A DNA stretch of 64,000 nt from Chiloscyllium plagiosum (GCF_004010195.1 NC_057719.1:23183686-23247685); one strand, 5' to 3'; shown: positions 39,330-52,681, counted from the first letter of the stretch. The notes: generated by a model from the sequence alone, not told the origin. Made by a program: numbers and translations.

Positions 39330-40320
39330 TTCGGCATCACTACAACTGTTTGCATTTCAAAAATAGATACACTGCAGAAGTTCACCAAATTTCCTTAGAT
39401 AGCACCTTCTAAACTCACAACCACATATTTTTCGAAGGACAAGGGCAGCAGACATATGGGAATAACACAACCTTTAAATTCACCTCCAAACCACTCATTA
39501 ACCTGACTTGGAAATATATCACCATTCCTTCACTGTTGCTGGGTCAAATTCCTGGAATCCCCTCCCTAATGGCATTGTGGGTCAACCCACAGCAGGTGGA
39601 CTGCAGTGGTTCAAGAAGGCAGCTCACCACCACTTTCTCAAGGGCAACTAAGGATGGGCACAACACCATAAGAGCATAAAACATAGGAGTAGAAGTAAGG
39701 CCATTCGGCCCATCGAGTCGACTCCGCCATTCAATCGTGGCTGATGGGCATTTCAATTCCACTTACCTGCACTCTCCCTGTATCCCTTAATTCCTTGTGA
39801 GATTAAGAATTTATCAATCTCTGGCTTGAAGACATTTAACGTCCCGGCCTCCACTGTGCTCCATGGTATTGAATTCCACAGGCTCACCACTCTCTGGCTG
39901 AAGAGTTATCTCCTCATTTCTGCTTTAAATTGACCGCCTCTAATTCTAAGGCTATGCCCATGGGTCCTATTATCCCCGCTTTACGTAAACAAATTCCCAG
40001 CGTCCACCCTTTCTTAGCCATGCATTATCTTGTAAGTTTCTATTAGATCTCCCCTCAAACTTTTAAACTCTAATGAATACAATCCCCGGATCCTCAGCCG
40101 TTCATCGTATGTTAGGTCTACCATTCCAGGGAACATCCATATGAATCTCTGCTGGGCACACTCCAGTGCCAGTATGTCCTTCCTCAGGTGGATACAGTAT
40201 TCTAAAAGGGGCCTAATCAGAGCTTGATAAAGTCCCAGTAGCACATCGCTGCTTTTACATTCCAACCCTCTTAATGTTGGTCAGCCAGCAACACCTATAT
40301 CCCACAAATAAATAAATCCT
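39330..40320 (+). mobile_element. LINE-B 3' end split by a CR1 fragment
   Basis: 39330-39661 continues at 40272-40320 (aatgttggtcagccagc...cccac..ataaataaa). Confidence 0.8.
39667..40272 (-). mobile_element. CR1 3' fragment
   Basis: LYQALIRPLLEYC and LRGDLIETYK. Confidence 0.92.
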
Positions 40321-40396
40321 TAAAAATTATTACCAATAATGAAATATTCTATTGTTTTATGTTTTCAAACTTCCAAATATTGTTTTGAATTACATA

Positions 40397-40713
40397 GGGT
40401 GGCACGGTGGCTCAGTGGTTAGCACTGCTGCCTCACAGCATCAGGGTCCCAGATTCGATTCCAACCTTGGGTGACTGTGTGGAGTTTGCACATTCTCTCC
40501 GTGTCTATGTGGGTTTCCTCTGGGTGCTTTCCTCCCACAGTCCAAAAATGTGCAGGTCAGGTGAATTGGCCATGCTAAATTGCCCGTAGTGTTAGGTGAA
40601 GGGGTAAATATAGGGGAATGGGTCTGGGTGGATTGCTCTTCGAGGGTCGGTGTGGACTTGTTGGGCTGAAGGGCCTGTTTCCACACTAAGTAATCTAATC
40701 TAATCTAATCTAA
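40397..40713 (+). mobile_element. HE1-like V-SINE with a (TAATC)n tail
   Basis: A box TGGCTCAGTGG, B-box-like GATTCGATTCC, V-domain, tail. Confidence 0.95.
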
Positions 40714-41005
40714 TTGTCCAGAGGACAGTTAATGGTTAATCACATTGCTGTGGGTCTGGAGTTAATTGTAGGCCAGACCAGGTAAGGATGGCAGTTTCCT
40801 TCCCTAAAGGACATTAGCAAACCAGATGGAGCTTTCCTGATAATTGACAATGGATGCATGGTCATCATTAGATCGTAATTCCAGGTTTTTATTGAATTTA
40901 AATTTCACCATCTACCAAAACGGTATTCATTTCTTGGTCCCCAGAACATTACCTGGATCTCTGGATTAATAGTCTTGAAAAAAATAACAGTAGGCCATTG
41001 TCTTC
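40714..41005 (-). mobile_element. SINE family 2
   Basis: Reverse complement of the 21316-21570 sequence. Confidence 0.82.
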
Positions 41006-41540
41006 TTTAACTGATTAAACTGCTCCACTAGTCAGGTATTAAGTCCATTAAAATTGAAAATCATAGTCGGTTGATGTATATTTGAAACATTTTTGGACTA
41101 AATAGAGAAATGTGTGTTTAAGCTCCAACTAACTGCCAAACCAAAGGGATCTCTAAGATACAATTCCTTTTTATTTCTGTTGGCCTGAGAGCAGAATGAA
41201 TGCTTCTCAGGCTTCTCAAATTTCGCCTGGGTCCTTGCTTCAGATTATTCCCACTCCAGACAACATGGGGCCCACCACAAGGCTATATTACACTGCCCAA
41301 TGCCCTTCGCATCCAATACACACTCATATCCTCATTTACCATCTTTCATTCCAGAAACTAGATGATCTAATGTGAGTCCAGTGCAGTTGCTTTCTCTGAG
41401 GGCACAGCAAGCCTTCTTTGCGCTAATGAAAAAAACTTAGTAATAGACAAACTGAATCTATTTAAAATAGAATTTCTACAAAGTATAAAAAACAGAACTC
41501 GCAATGAAATACTCTCTTGATATAAGCAGAAATGTTTCTA

Positions 41541-42441
41541 TTGGTTAGCACTGCTGCCTTGCAGCACCAGGGACCCAGGTTCAATTCCAGCCTTGGGCAA
41601 TTGTCTGTGTGGAGTATGCACATTCTCCCCGTGTCTGCGTGGGTTTCCTCTGGGTGCTCTGGTTTCCTCCCACAATCCAAAGATATGCAGGTCAGGTAAA
41701 TTGGCCATACTAAATTGCCCGTAGTATTCGGTGCATTGGTCAGAGGGAAATGAGTCTGGCTGGGTTACACTTTAATGGGCTGCACAGTGGCATAGTAGTT
41801 AGTGCTGCTGCCTCACAGCGCCAGAGACCCGGGTTCAATTCCCATCTCAGGCAACTGTCTGTGTGGAGTTTGTACATTCTCCCCATGTCTGCGTGGGTTT
41901 CCTCCGGGTGCTCTGGTTTCCTCCCACAGTCCAAAAATGTGCAGGTTAGGTGAATTGGCCATGCTAAATTGCCCGTAGTGTTAGGTGAATGGGGAAATGT
42001 AGGGGAATGGGTCTGGGTGGATTGCTCTTCGAGGGTCAATGTGGACTTGTTGGGCCGAAAGGCCTGTTTCCACACTGTAAGTAATCTAATCTAAAAAACA
42101 CAATAAGTTGAGAACAGCCAGATAAATTACCACCAGTATGGTTGCTCAGTGTTTGGCACTGCTGCCTCACAGCACCAGGGACCTGGATTTGATTCCAGCT
42201 TGGGTGACTGTCTGTGTGGAGTTTGCACATTCTGCCCATGTCTGCATGGGTTTTCTCTGGATGCTCCGGTTTCCTCCCCCAGTCCAAAATGTGTTGGTGA
42301 GGTGGATTGGCCATAGGAAATGCAAGGTTTCAGGGATAGGATTGAGAGGTTGGTTTGTATGAGGTGCTCTTTGGTGGGTCAGTGCGGATTCAATAGGCTG
42401 AAAAGCCTGCTTCTACAATGTTGGGATTCTATGATTTCTAT
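41541..42441 (+). mobile_element. Cluster of three HE1-like SINEs (41541-41777, 41778-42092, 42135-42441)
   Basis: Three same-orientation repeats of the head and central domain. Confidence 0.92.
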
Positions 42442-43520
42442 GAATACAAACCGTTCTGAAAAAGTCACTGAGCTAGAAATGGTAACTCTATTTATCTGCT
42501 GTCAGACCTACAGAGGTACACCAGCAATTTCCATTTTAATGCAAACTGTTTCTGCAGTGGAGTGAGGCAAATGAAAAATAGTTAGTTGAAATTAATTATG
42601 CACATAAAATCAATCTCAACAATTTATAACAGTTGATCTTCAGGCATAATTGATAGAATAATCTCCATTCTGGTCTACTGCCTGCAAAAATGCTCTGATA
42701 TCTTAATCTACAGCCCAAAATATCTTAAACCTTCAATATATTATACTCAAATAGATACTCTGTATTTCTAACTTCACAGCTCATAACACACCGTGGAGCA
42801 ACAAATAAATATCTTGCAGGTGTACCTGTGCAGAAAGGCAGAAGTGTCATTTACATTGCCAAATTATTTTTCTGGACGGGAAGTCCTTCATGTAGCTGCG
42901 GTGTTACGTCAGCAAATCAAATCATAGTGCGAGAGACAATACATTTCATCTGCATATAACCTTTCCTGGATAATTGCCGAACATTGAGATGTTGATGTGT
43001 GGATTCCAAAGTAGTTCAGTAAAGCAGAGGTTGGCCTGAATTTCTTTTGTGTCTACTAGTTAGCATATTGTTTAAAAGGTCTGCACAAATTATTGCTGGT
43101 CTGAGTTTGATACAGTTTAAATAATAAAATGCATAAAGTAGAGACTGGAAGGTACATAAACATATTAATTAGAGAAGTGTTGCACTGAGCACATTAAAAT
43201 TTATTAAGACACAAAAATAGACTGATCATTGGTACATTCCATATTATTTGATAAAATCACACTTACTAAGCAATAGGCATAACTCCATTCTGCATTTGTC
43301 ATGCGAAAGTGAATGTAGCTGCTAATTTTATGCATTGTAATTACAACAATTACAACTATTTCCTGAATGTGCTGACATGAAACTATCCCAATATTGTTCT
43401 GTTCAAACCGTGAGCAGTGTACTTATCAGCTGAGCTACCCAGGAACCAATTATTTTTACACTTATTTAGTGTTAAAAATCAACAGATACAGCATTCATGA
43501 GTTAGGATGTTACACTTTAT

Positions 43521-44170
43521 GGGCTGAATCTTACTTATTTCAGCTAGGTCTGAATTAGATTTAGTTTTTTGGAGCTTTTTTTCACTGCAAGGCTGAGTGA
43601 GTTTTCATATTCTATCGGGCCAAATCCATCTCATTAATTAGTTATTGTACCCCATGGTGTCTCTTAGTTCTGCTATCATCCACACCATCTTACCACATGC
43701 TTTTACCTCTACAACTTGCCACTCAGCAAATATATGCCAAAGGACTGGCATGCCTTGAATCGTGCTATGTTGAAATGGTTGCTGTAGACCTGGGTGAGCA
43801 CTTGCATTCCAAAACTGCCCTGCTCCGTAGAGGACACAGGTGGAACATAGTAGTAAAGAGGAAGTTGGCACTGTGATTCCACAAGAGGGATCTGGTGGAT
43901 TGGCTGATTCAAAAGAAACCTGTCCTCTTCCCAGAAGATGGGCAGAGGAGGTTGTGCCAGCAGTGACGGCCAGTCTGGTCCAAGGTTGCCAACTGTGTAA
44001 GTATCATCTCCAGGATGTGGAAAAAATGGCTAGTAGTGCCACAACAAGGTCAACGGCCTGATTCATTTACACCAGGTTAAGTGCCACATTCTGGTCTCTG
44101 CTGGTCTCACAGTCAATCTCTCTGTCTGCCACTACATCTACCTCCCACCAACACTCATCCTCTACCACTC
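43521..44170 (+). mobile_element. Harbinger-derived element with a Myb/SANT-like ORF fossil
   Basis: TIR-like GGGCTGAATCTTAC; 43870-44060 translates to F...DL...VLFPEDGQRR...W.KVA..VS and, after a frameshift, C.NKVNGL. Confidence 0.6.
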
Positions 44171-44174
44171 TGAT

Positions 44175-44570
44175 TGGAGTTTAGAAGAGTGAGAGGGGAT
44201 CTTTTTGAAATGTGGAACAACTTGACAGGACTGATGTGCTAGATGCAAGGATGGTGATTCCCCTGCCTGACTGGTCTAGAACAAGGGGTCACAGTTTAAT
44301 GATATGTAAGTAGGCCAATTAGGATTGAGATGAGGAGAAATGTCTTCACAGGTAATGAACCCAAGGAATTTTCTACTTCAGAAGATTGTGGAGGCCAAGT
44401 TGCTAAAAATTATTAAGAAAGCAATAGAAAGGTTTCTTGACTCATCAAGGGCTATAAGGAGAGAACATGTGTACGGTGTTGAATCAGAGGATCAGCCATG
44501 GCCATATTGAATGATGGAGTAGGCTCAATTCACTGATGGTCTACTCCTGCTCCTATTTACTATGTTTCTT
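44175..44570 (+). mobile_element. CR1 3' fragment
   Basis: LEFRRVRGDL remnant; 3' UTR atcagccatg...ctactcctgctcct. Confidence 0.85.
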
Positions 44571-46087
44571 TCTAACCTCTAGTTACATATCATGGATCTA
44601 TTTGCTTGACTTTGGGTAATTGGCCTGTCCATGATAGGAATACGGCAGCAATCATATTGCCAAGAGAAAGGATTTTTATCACAGAAATAAAAAGACCTAA
44701 GTTCTAAGGGCTGGGTTTCAATTTGAGCAATCCTTTATTGCAATTTTGTATCTTTTAGTCATACACATTTCAGCATCATAACTGGCTCTCCAAAGATTTA
44801 AGCAATATATTAAAAATGTGTTCCAAGTAATTCATCATTTAGGCCTGCTCTAAAGGTTAAATCATGTTTCATAATAAATTGCTGTATAATAACACATATG
44901 TCACTCAGATTGTTAATTATGAAAAGAATGCCATCTTACAGTAATACATTGATTATTATTCATAATCTCTGATTGCTTTTCATTACTTGACATAGTTTAA
45001 TTAAAATTATAATATTGGCGTGTCCTACTACCCAAAACAGCAGGAACATTAAACAATGGAAGGCAGTGTATTATAAAGATGATATGTTCTTCAATTTTTA
45101 AAAGGATTAACGTGTTGGAAATGCTGCTGTCCAAGCCAATGCAGCATCTCACACCCTCCCTATGACTGTAAATACTTATGAACCAATTCATCATAAATCA
45201 TTGCACTGAACACCTTAATACTATAATATTGTATAACATAGATCTACACAGTGTACAAGAAATTTAAATCAATTAACTACATGAAGGGATTGAGGCATGG
45301 TGGCTAAATTTACAGATGACACAAAATTCAGCTACTAATTCATATATTCATTACCTTGCAAAAATACATTTGATTAAATCAAGCAATTTATATATATAAT
45401 AAATAACTGGAGCCCAAACATTGATCCCTGCAAAACCCCACTAGCACTCTCCACTCAAAAAAAGACACAATTATTCTTATTCTTTGTTTTCTGTTTGCTA
45501 CCCAATACTCAATCTATTGTTGAATCAATCTCAATCCATCACAGTTCCTTGTACTTTAACTTGCACACCTGACCTCATATGGTTGAGGTGAACTCCACGG
45601 AATTGTCCCAGAGCAGAAGGGAACTATTCAGCATTGTGTTGAGTTTGGCAAAACACAGTAAGAAAATGAACTTGGTTTTGCAAAGTTCCCAGAAAAAGTC
45701 AATGAATCTCAGACTTAGCCAGAAAGACAGAAGATTCAGCCTGACATCTTGCAAACTGCTCAACATCCTTGCCACTATATGTGTGATACTTAGGGCCTGG
45801 CTCCCAATCAGGAGTTGGTGTCTGAACATTATCTCTTTTGACATTTTTTAACAATACATTTAATTTTTCTAATACTAACTTTAAGCACTACACAAAATCT
45901 TGAGCATGAATAAATTCTGCAAATAACATCCAGTATGAAGCAAATAACAAGAATTAAACGCCTTGTCAAAAAAAATTCAAAAGCTAGTTACTTAAACCAC
46001 TGACTATGAGAAAAAAACATAAAAGACTTATCTTGGAGTTTTTGTTCAGTGGAAGCATATCAATGTTAAAGAAAAACATGGAGGGAC

Positions 46088-46330
46088 TTAGAGTCATAGA
46101 GTTGTATAGCACAGAAACAAACCGTTCAGCCCAACTCGTCCATGCCACCCAGATAACCTAAATTAATTGAGCCCCATTTGTCAATTCCATTTTATCATAT
46201 CACTTTAAACCCTTTCTATTCATATACCCATCATTGTACCAGTATCCACCACTTCCTCTGGCAGGTCATTTCAGACACACGCCACTCTCTGAGTGAAAAA
46301 ATTGCCCCTTAGGTCATTTTTAAATCTTTT
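46088..46330 (-). mobile_element. CR1 (HER1-like) 3' end
   Basis: tagagtcatagag tail; matches 28632-28890. Confidence 0.85.
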
Positions 46331-47807
46331 TATTTAAAAAAATGTAACCTGTGATCGAAGAGTAAAACATTTACTCATTTGCGATTTCCTTAGATGTCTT
46401 CATCTCTTAGAATATCAATCTCTATTCACGCTTGGAGGCCCTTCAGAAATACAAGCATCATGGACAGTATGATGGTAGAAAATGGTAGATAAGCAAAAAT
46501 TTGGTTGAAGAAGTCAACTTTAAAGAGCATTGGAAATGAGGAAAGTGAAGTAAAGACACAAATAGATTGATAGACACACGGTTGTCAACAATAGAAGATT
46601 AAAATTAGGGAGGCTCAAATGGCCCAAATTGGAAGAGCATAGATTTCTCAGAGGGTTTTATGGTTGTAGGAGATTATAGAAATGGGCAGAGACAAGGTCA
46701 TGGAGGGATTTCAAAACAGAGGGAAATAATTATATGTTTATATATTTATATATGCAGTCTGGATTGTTTGAGTTTCAAGTTTAGTTCAGTATTCTACGTC
46801 AGTTTGAAAAAAATGTAAAACTTAAAACTTACAATGCAGCTGAATTGTGTATCTACCAGTTCCTGGGTTAACCAATTAGACTTTTTATTTTCTTCTTATA
46901 TTTTGTGACACTGAAAACATTGCTAATTTAATGATACAGAAATAATAGCAATAACTCATTCTTCAGCCTTTTCATTGCTGCTTGATTAATCTTAAACTAC
47001 TTCAATACATTGGACACGATTTACTTAAAAATTGAAAGGCATGGTAGAGCTAACTGACTTTGGCAGCTGTGCAGTCAAATAAGTGAACAGAGGACTTCAG
47101 GATCTTATTTCCCCTGAGGGGCATTTCAGGAGATGGTTTTCCTCAAGATATCAGTGGCGAAGTGCCAAACATCAGTGGCTGCCATCTGTGAAGCTGGATG
47201 CCACATATGGCATTATTTATGGCAATGGTTTTCACTTTGCTGAACTGTCTACTGTTCTTCCAACATCAAGAAATATCCTCAACAGGGCAATGAAAGGAGT
47301 GATGTTGATTGAAATCCAGCCCAAAGGGGGAATAAGTGGGAGTTTGGAAAAGGTGGAAGTTTTTACCACTAGAAGCCAATGTAGAAAAGTTCTTCATCAC
47401 ATAAACTTGCTGGAATTTAGTAAAAATGTTGTCTCTGTTTCACAGCAACTTATTTTATCCATTAAATAAATCTTCCATTGTTACTTAATGAAAGGACTGG
47501 TGCTACTTGCAGAGTGGCCAATGAACTTGAAATATAATTACACAATAAACAATTAGGGAATGGTAAAGTTACAAACTGTGCATGTCAGTCAAACTTTGCC
47601 AAAGCATCTTGGATATAAAAGAATTAACTTACATGTTGGTGGGATATAACAACAGCAAAATGTTGATAGTAATAATCAATTTCAGTAGCTTTAAGTTAAT
47701 CTGATAGAATTCTATTTAGTCATTTTTTAACGGACAAGTGTACATAACTCAATAATACCTGAGATGTTCTTCCATATGTTAAGTGAAATTATTATTCAGT
47801 GAATGCC

Positions 47808-48235
47808 TTAGAAGCATAGAAAATAGGTGCAGGAGTAGGCCATTTGTCCTTCAAGCCTACACCAGCATTCAATATGATCATGGCTGATCATGCAATCTCA
47901 GTATCCCATTCCCACCCTCTTTCCATATCCCTTGACCTCTTTAGCTGCAAGGGCCACATCCAGCTCTCTTTTGAATATGACAGAAGTGGGTACTGCAGAT
48001 GCTGGAGATTAGTGTCAAGATTAGAGTGGTGTTGGAAAAGCACAGCAGGACAGGCAGCATCCAAGGAGCAGAAAAAATGACATTCATCCTGATGCTGCCT
48101 GCCCTATTGTACTTTTCCAGCACCACTCTAATCTTGACTCCCTCTTGAATAGCTTTCCACAGATTTACAATTCTTTGAGTGAAGAAATTCTGCCTCATCT
48201 CAGTCCTGAATGGCTTACCTCTTTATTCTTAGACT
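47808..48235 (-). mobile_element. CR1 3' end containing a hairpin mini-PLE (47978-48137)
   Basis: NFFTQRIVNLW; hairpin flanked by imperfect CTC.CT.TTGAATA repeats at 47964-47977 and 48138-48151. Confidence 0.85.
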
Positions 48236-48279
48236 CCTTTTGTATGAATTGTGTGCGCCAAGGTTAAGGGGGATATCAC

Positions 48280-48583
48280 AGAAGCATTCAGCCCATCCAG
48301 TCCACATTGACGGTCCAAAGGCATTGCACTAGACTTACCTCCCTACTCTAACTATCCCTGTAATAGCATGGCTAATCCATCTAACCTGGATATCCCTGGA
48401 CACTATGGGCAATTTAGCATGGCCAATGCATTTAACATGCACATCTTTGGAGTGTGGGAGGAAACTGGAGCACCCAGAGGAAACCCACTCAGACACAGGG
48501 AGAATATGCAGACTCCATCCAATCACTGAATGCTGGGATTGAACCCAGGCCCTTAGTGCTGTGAGGCAGCAGTGCTAACCACT
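48280..48583 (-). mobile_element. HE1-like V-SINE
   Basis: Head and central domain match the other copies. Confidence 0.88.
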
Positions 48584-48789
48584 GTTAACCATTAATCTGT
48601 TAATGCCTGTTAAGGTACAATTACTTTTTTTATCAAAGGGTTGAAAAACAAGCCTTGTTATTCATTGTGTTGAATGTGTATTAGCTTTGTGCTGGGAGAT
48701 GAGAAGTAAGGACTTGAGGCAGAATATACATTTACTTGGTGCCTTTCACATTTTTAAGACCTCTTACAGCAGTTCAGTTATAAGTGAGA

Positions 48790-49662
48790 TAATCATCCTC
48801 CATCATTTACACCACCTACAAACAGACCCCACCACAAGAGATATATTTCCCTCCCCACCCCTTTCTGCATTCCACAGAGACCATTTCCTCTGCAACTCCC
48901 CCATACTAAGTCCATGCCCCACACCAACCCACCCTCCACTCCTGGCACCTTCCCTTGCCACCACAAGAGGTATAAAACCTGTGCCCAACCACCCCCCCCA
49001 CCCACCTCCGTCCAAGGCCCTAAAGGATCCTTCCACGTCTGGCAGAGATTTTCTTGCACCTCCACGCACGTCACCTACTGTATCCGTTGCTCCCGATGTG
49101 GTCTCCTTTATATTGAGGAGATAGGGTGGCAACTTGTGGAACGTTTCTGAGAACATCTCTGGGACATATGCACTAAACAATCCCACTGCCCTATGGCCGA
49201 ACACTTCAGCTCTCCCTCCCACTCCGCCAAGTACATGCAGGTCCTGGGCCTCCTAGATTCTAGCTACCCAACGCCTGGAGGAAGAACATCTCATCTTCCA
49301 CCTTGGCACCCTCCAATCACAAGGAATCAATGTTGATTTCAGCAGTTTTTTCATCTCCTCTCACCCCACCTTATCACAGATCCAACCCCCCAACCTGGCA
49401 CCGCCCTCTTGATCTGTTCTACCTGTCCATCTTCCATTCAACCTATCCACTTCCCCCACCCCCGACCTTTTACCATCACTTCCCACGTTCATCTACCTAT
49501 CACATTCCCAGCTACATTCCCCCCAGTCTCAACCCCTCCCATTTACGTCTCAGCGCCCTTGGGCCTCCCCTACACTCCTGATGAAGAGCGTATGAAGAGC
49601 GGCTCTCCTGCTCCTCGGATGCTGCCTGACCAGTTGTACCAATCCAGTAAAACACTTTTTGA
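48790..49662 (+). mobile_element. Neptune-type PLE 3' fragment
   Basis: LQTDPTTRDIFPSPPLSAF, PGTFPC...KTCA and FSCTSTHVTYCIRCSRCGLLYIEE...ERF (Cys linker + GIY-YIG); family A 3' end. Confidence 0.9.
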
Positions 49663-49677
49663 CAACTACCTGAATAA

Positions 49678-49885
49678 GGAGAAAGTAAACACTGTAGATG
49701 CTGGAGATCAGAGTCGAGAGTGTAGTGCTGGAAAAGCACAGCAGGTCAGGTTGGAGGGTTACAAGGTGAAAGATAAAGCATTTTTTTCCTCCATTGCTGA
49801 TAAAGGGCTTATGCCCGAAACAATGATTCTCCTGGTCCTCGGATGCTGCCTGACCTACTATGCTTTTCCAGCACCACACTCTTGG
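49678..49885 (-). mobile_element. Hairpin mini-PLE (family A)
   Basis: 15-bp TSD CAACTACCTGAATAA at 49663-49677 and 49886-49900; hammerhead remnant at 49797-49822. Confidence 0.88.
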
Positions 49886-50084
49886 CAACTACCTGAATAA
49901 CCCTTCCTCAGTACATACACTGGTTGAGGTGGCAATTACTGGAAGGTAATAAGAGTGGGAAAACACAACAGAATATTGAAGATATATTCAGCTTGATATT
50001 TGACTCTATTCGGCTGTATTCTGATCATATCTTCACTGGCCATAATGTCCTGGAGTTGGACAAGCCCAGAGAACACTCTAAATC

Positions 50085-50863
50085 CATATAGAATCATACA
50101 GCACACAGAGGAGACCCTTTGGCCCATTGAGTCTGCACTGACCTATCTACACTGATCCCACTTTCCAGGACCTGGTCTATAGCCTTGATGTCATAACATT
50201 TCAAGTCCTTATCCACATACCTTTTAAAGATTGAGGTTTCCCACCTCTATTACTCTCCTAGATAGTGGAAATTCCCGCACAACCATCTTGGCAAAAAGTC
50301 CCTCAAATCCCTCTCCATCTCCTGCCCTTCACCTCCAATAAATGGGAACTGTTGAATGGGAATCCAACCTGTTCAGACCCCTTTTATTTTATTTGCCTCA
50401 ATCAGTTTACCCCTCAGATTCCACTGCCCTAAAGAAAACAACCCAAGTCTCTTCATAGGTAACATTCTCCAAACCAGGCAACATCCTGCTGAGCCTCCCA
50501 TATAATCCTTGTGTGCCTGTAATCTATGAAGAAGGGCTCATGCCCGAAACGTCGATTCTCCTGCTCCTTGGATGCTGCCTGACCTGCTGCGCTTTTCCAG
50601 CAACACATTTTCAGCTGTAATCTATGCCATGATTGACAAAGACAAGTGTCCTTCATGCCACTTTAACTACCCTATTAACTTGTTTTGCTGCTTTAAGGAA
50701 TCTGTAGTCAAGCACCCCAAGAGTTTTCTGTTCCGCTGTTACTGCTTCCTAGTGTCCTGCCACTCCATTATCCTGTTGCATCTTCCAAGTGTATCTACTT
50801 CACAATTTTCAAGATTGAATTCCATTTGCCACTGACCTGCCCTTCTAACCAACCATCTATATC
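50085..50863 (-). mobile_element. Old CR1 3' fragment containing a mini-PLE
   Basis: atagaatcatacagcacac tail; ttgaattccatttgccac = WQMEFN. Confidence 0.75.
50529..50614 (+). mobile_element. Mini-PLE beginning inside the hammerhead core
   Basis: 12-bp TSD CTGTAATCTATG at 50517-50528 and 50615-50626; (tg)aagaagggctcatgcccGAAACGTC. Confidence 0.9.
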
Positions 50864-51176
50864 TTGATTAAATTCCCTACAGTATGGAAACAGACCATTT
50901 GGCCAAACAAGTTCACATGACCCTCCGAAGAGTAACCCACCCAGACCCATACCCTATATTTTTCTATGACTAATGCACCTAACACTATGGGCAATTTAGC
51001 ATGGCCAATTCACCTGACCTGCACATTTTGGACTGTGGGAGGAAACCAGAGAACCTGGAGGAAACCCGCGCAGACATGGGGAGAATGTGCAAACTCCACA
51101 CAGGAGCCCGAGGCAGGAATCGAACCCGGATCCTTGGCACTATGAGGCAGCAGTGCTAACCACTGAGCCACCTTGC
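50864..51176 (-). mobile_element. HE1-like V-SINE
   Basis: Full head, central domain and tail. Confidence 0.92.
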
Positions 51177-51181
51177 TGACC

Positions 51182-52681
51182 CAATAACTCATGACAGTTT
51201 GAAGGGGTAGAGGTAATAGAGTGTTCTTCTATCCATTTTGTTCCATCTTCCATCTGAAGCAGGCATTTGTCTGATGCAGGCTGCCTGAAAAGGGCTGTCT
51301 GGAGAGGATTCTCCCTGACTCTGAGCATTTTATGATAAAGTGTATTTCTAACAGCTGGTAGTTAATGCTGTTGTCAATCCTCTATTTGAAACCTTTCAGT
51401 GGATACTGAAAGTGTCATTACTGTAATATAAGATTTTGTTCCCACATTATTAAGCACCTGGCCAATCTTTGTGTCAATCTTATTATCACCACCCACATTC
51501 TAATCCATATTGTTTATATATGTCACGAACAACAAAGAGCAACACTGATCCCTGTGGTACGTCCTGTTACACAACATTGAAGACCAGTCTAGGAATGGTG
51601 GCAAACAACAGTGGAGTAGATTAAACTGGAAACAAAACCTTGTTTTCAGCAGAAAATACTAAGTCTCCTGCATAAACTATAAAAATTTATGATAGATATA
51701 GGTCAGATGTCAGGGGTAGTTTCTTTAATCAGAGAATAGTAGGGGCATGGAACAGACTGCCTGAAACATTGGTAGACTTGCCAACTTTAAGGGCATTTAA
51801 ATGGTCATTGGATAGACACATGGACAAAAATGGAATAGGGTAGGTTGGATGGGCTTTAGATTGGTTTCACAGGTCGACACAGCATCGAGTGCTGACGGGC
51901 CTGTACCTCGTATGTTTACTGAGTGAAGGCAAGGGCCTATGGTAAGTGTGCGGTTAGCATGAAAGGTAATTAGGAAAGGGGGCATGGGTGAGGTTGGTAG
52001 GGATGGGTAGAGGGTCAGGTGGGTGAGAGGATTAGCTTGGCAGGTGGATGAGGTTGCATATGTTGACAAGTGGGTGAGGGGATAGGGTGTGAAATAAATG
52101 AATGCATACGTAGGGTAGGGCCAGGATTTAGGGTATGTCAGGCTGTGTTGAATCTGACAGGATTGAGGTAGGATCGGTAGGTGGGTACATACATTTTGTA
52201 GTACTTTCTGTGCAGTGGGAAATCTGATATAATTGCTTGTACCACAGCAAATGGCCTTATCCAAATGTTCAAAAACAATTCTCAGAAATCAAGACGAAAG
52301 GAAGGTAGAAAAAAATCACATGAATTGTCACATCATTGAGGCCATGATATTCGATTTTCTGATGTCTAGATTTATCCAGTTTTTTTCTTCAACAAAATGA
52401 CAACTAATCCTCAGATGATGATGGCAATGGTCATTCTGACATCTTGAATGGCATCCCATCCACTGAAATGTTTCAAATAGAGGATTGACAACAACATTAA
52501 CTACCAGCTGTTAGAAATACACGTTATCATAAAATGCTCCGAGTCAGGCAGCAATCCTCTCCAGACAGTCCTTTTTAGGCAGTCTGCATCAGATAGATGC
52601 CTGCTTCAGATGGAAGATGGAACAGAAGGGATGGAAGAACACTGAATTACCTCCAGCCCTTCAAACTGTCATGGGTTATTG
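51182..52681. repeat. ~225-bp diverged inverted repeat pair (51182-51404 / 52458-52681)
   Basis: e.g. tatttctaacagctggtagttaatg vs cattaactaccagctgttagaaata. Confidence 0.9.
51688..51920 (+). mobile_element. CR1 3' end
   Basis: Matches 21080-21300. Confidence 0.85.

Noticed and set aside
40397..40475. tRNA-like sequences with A and B boxes
   Set aside because: They are SINE heads that continue into SINE bodies; no complete cloverleaf
45575..45851. Overlapping ~90-aa ORFs on both strands
   Set aside because: No recognisable domain or convincing splice sites; length is compatible with chance
47083..47469. 128-aa ORF
   Set aside because: No recognisable domain; non-ATG start; probably decayed repeat sequence
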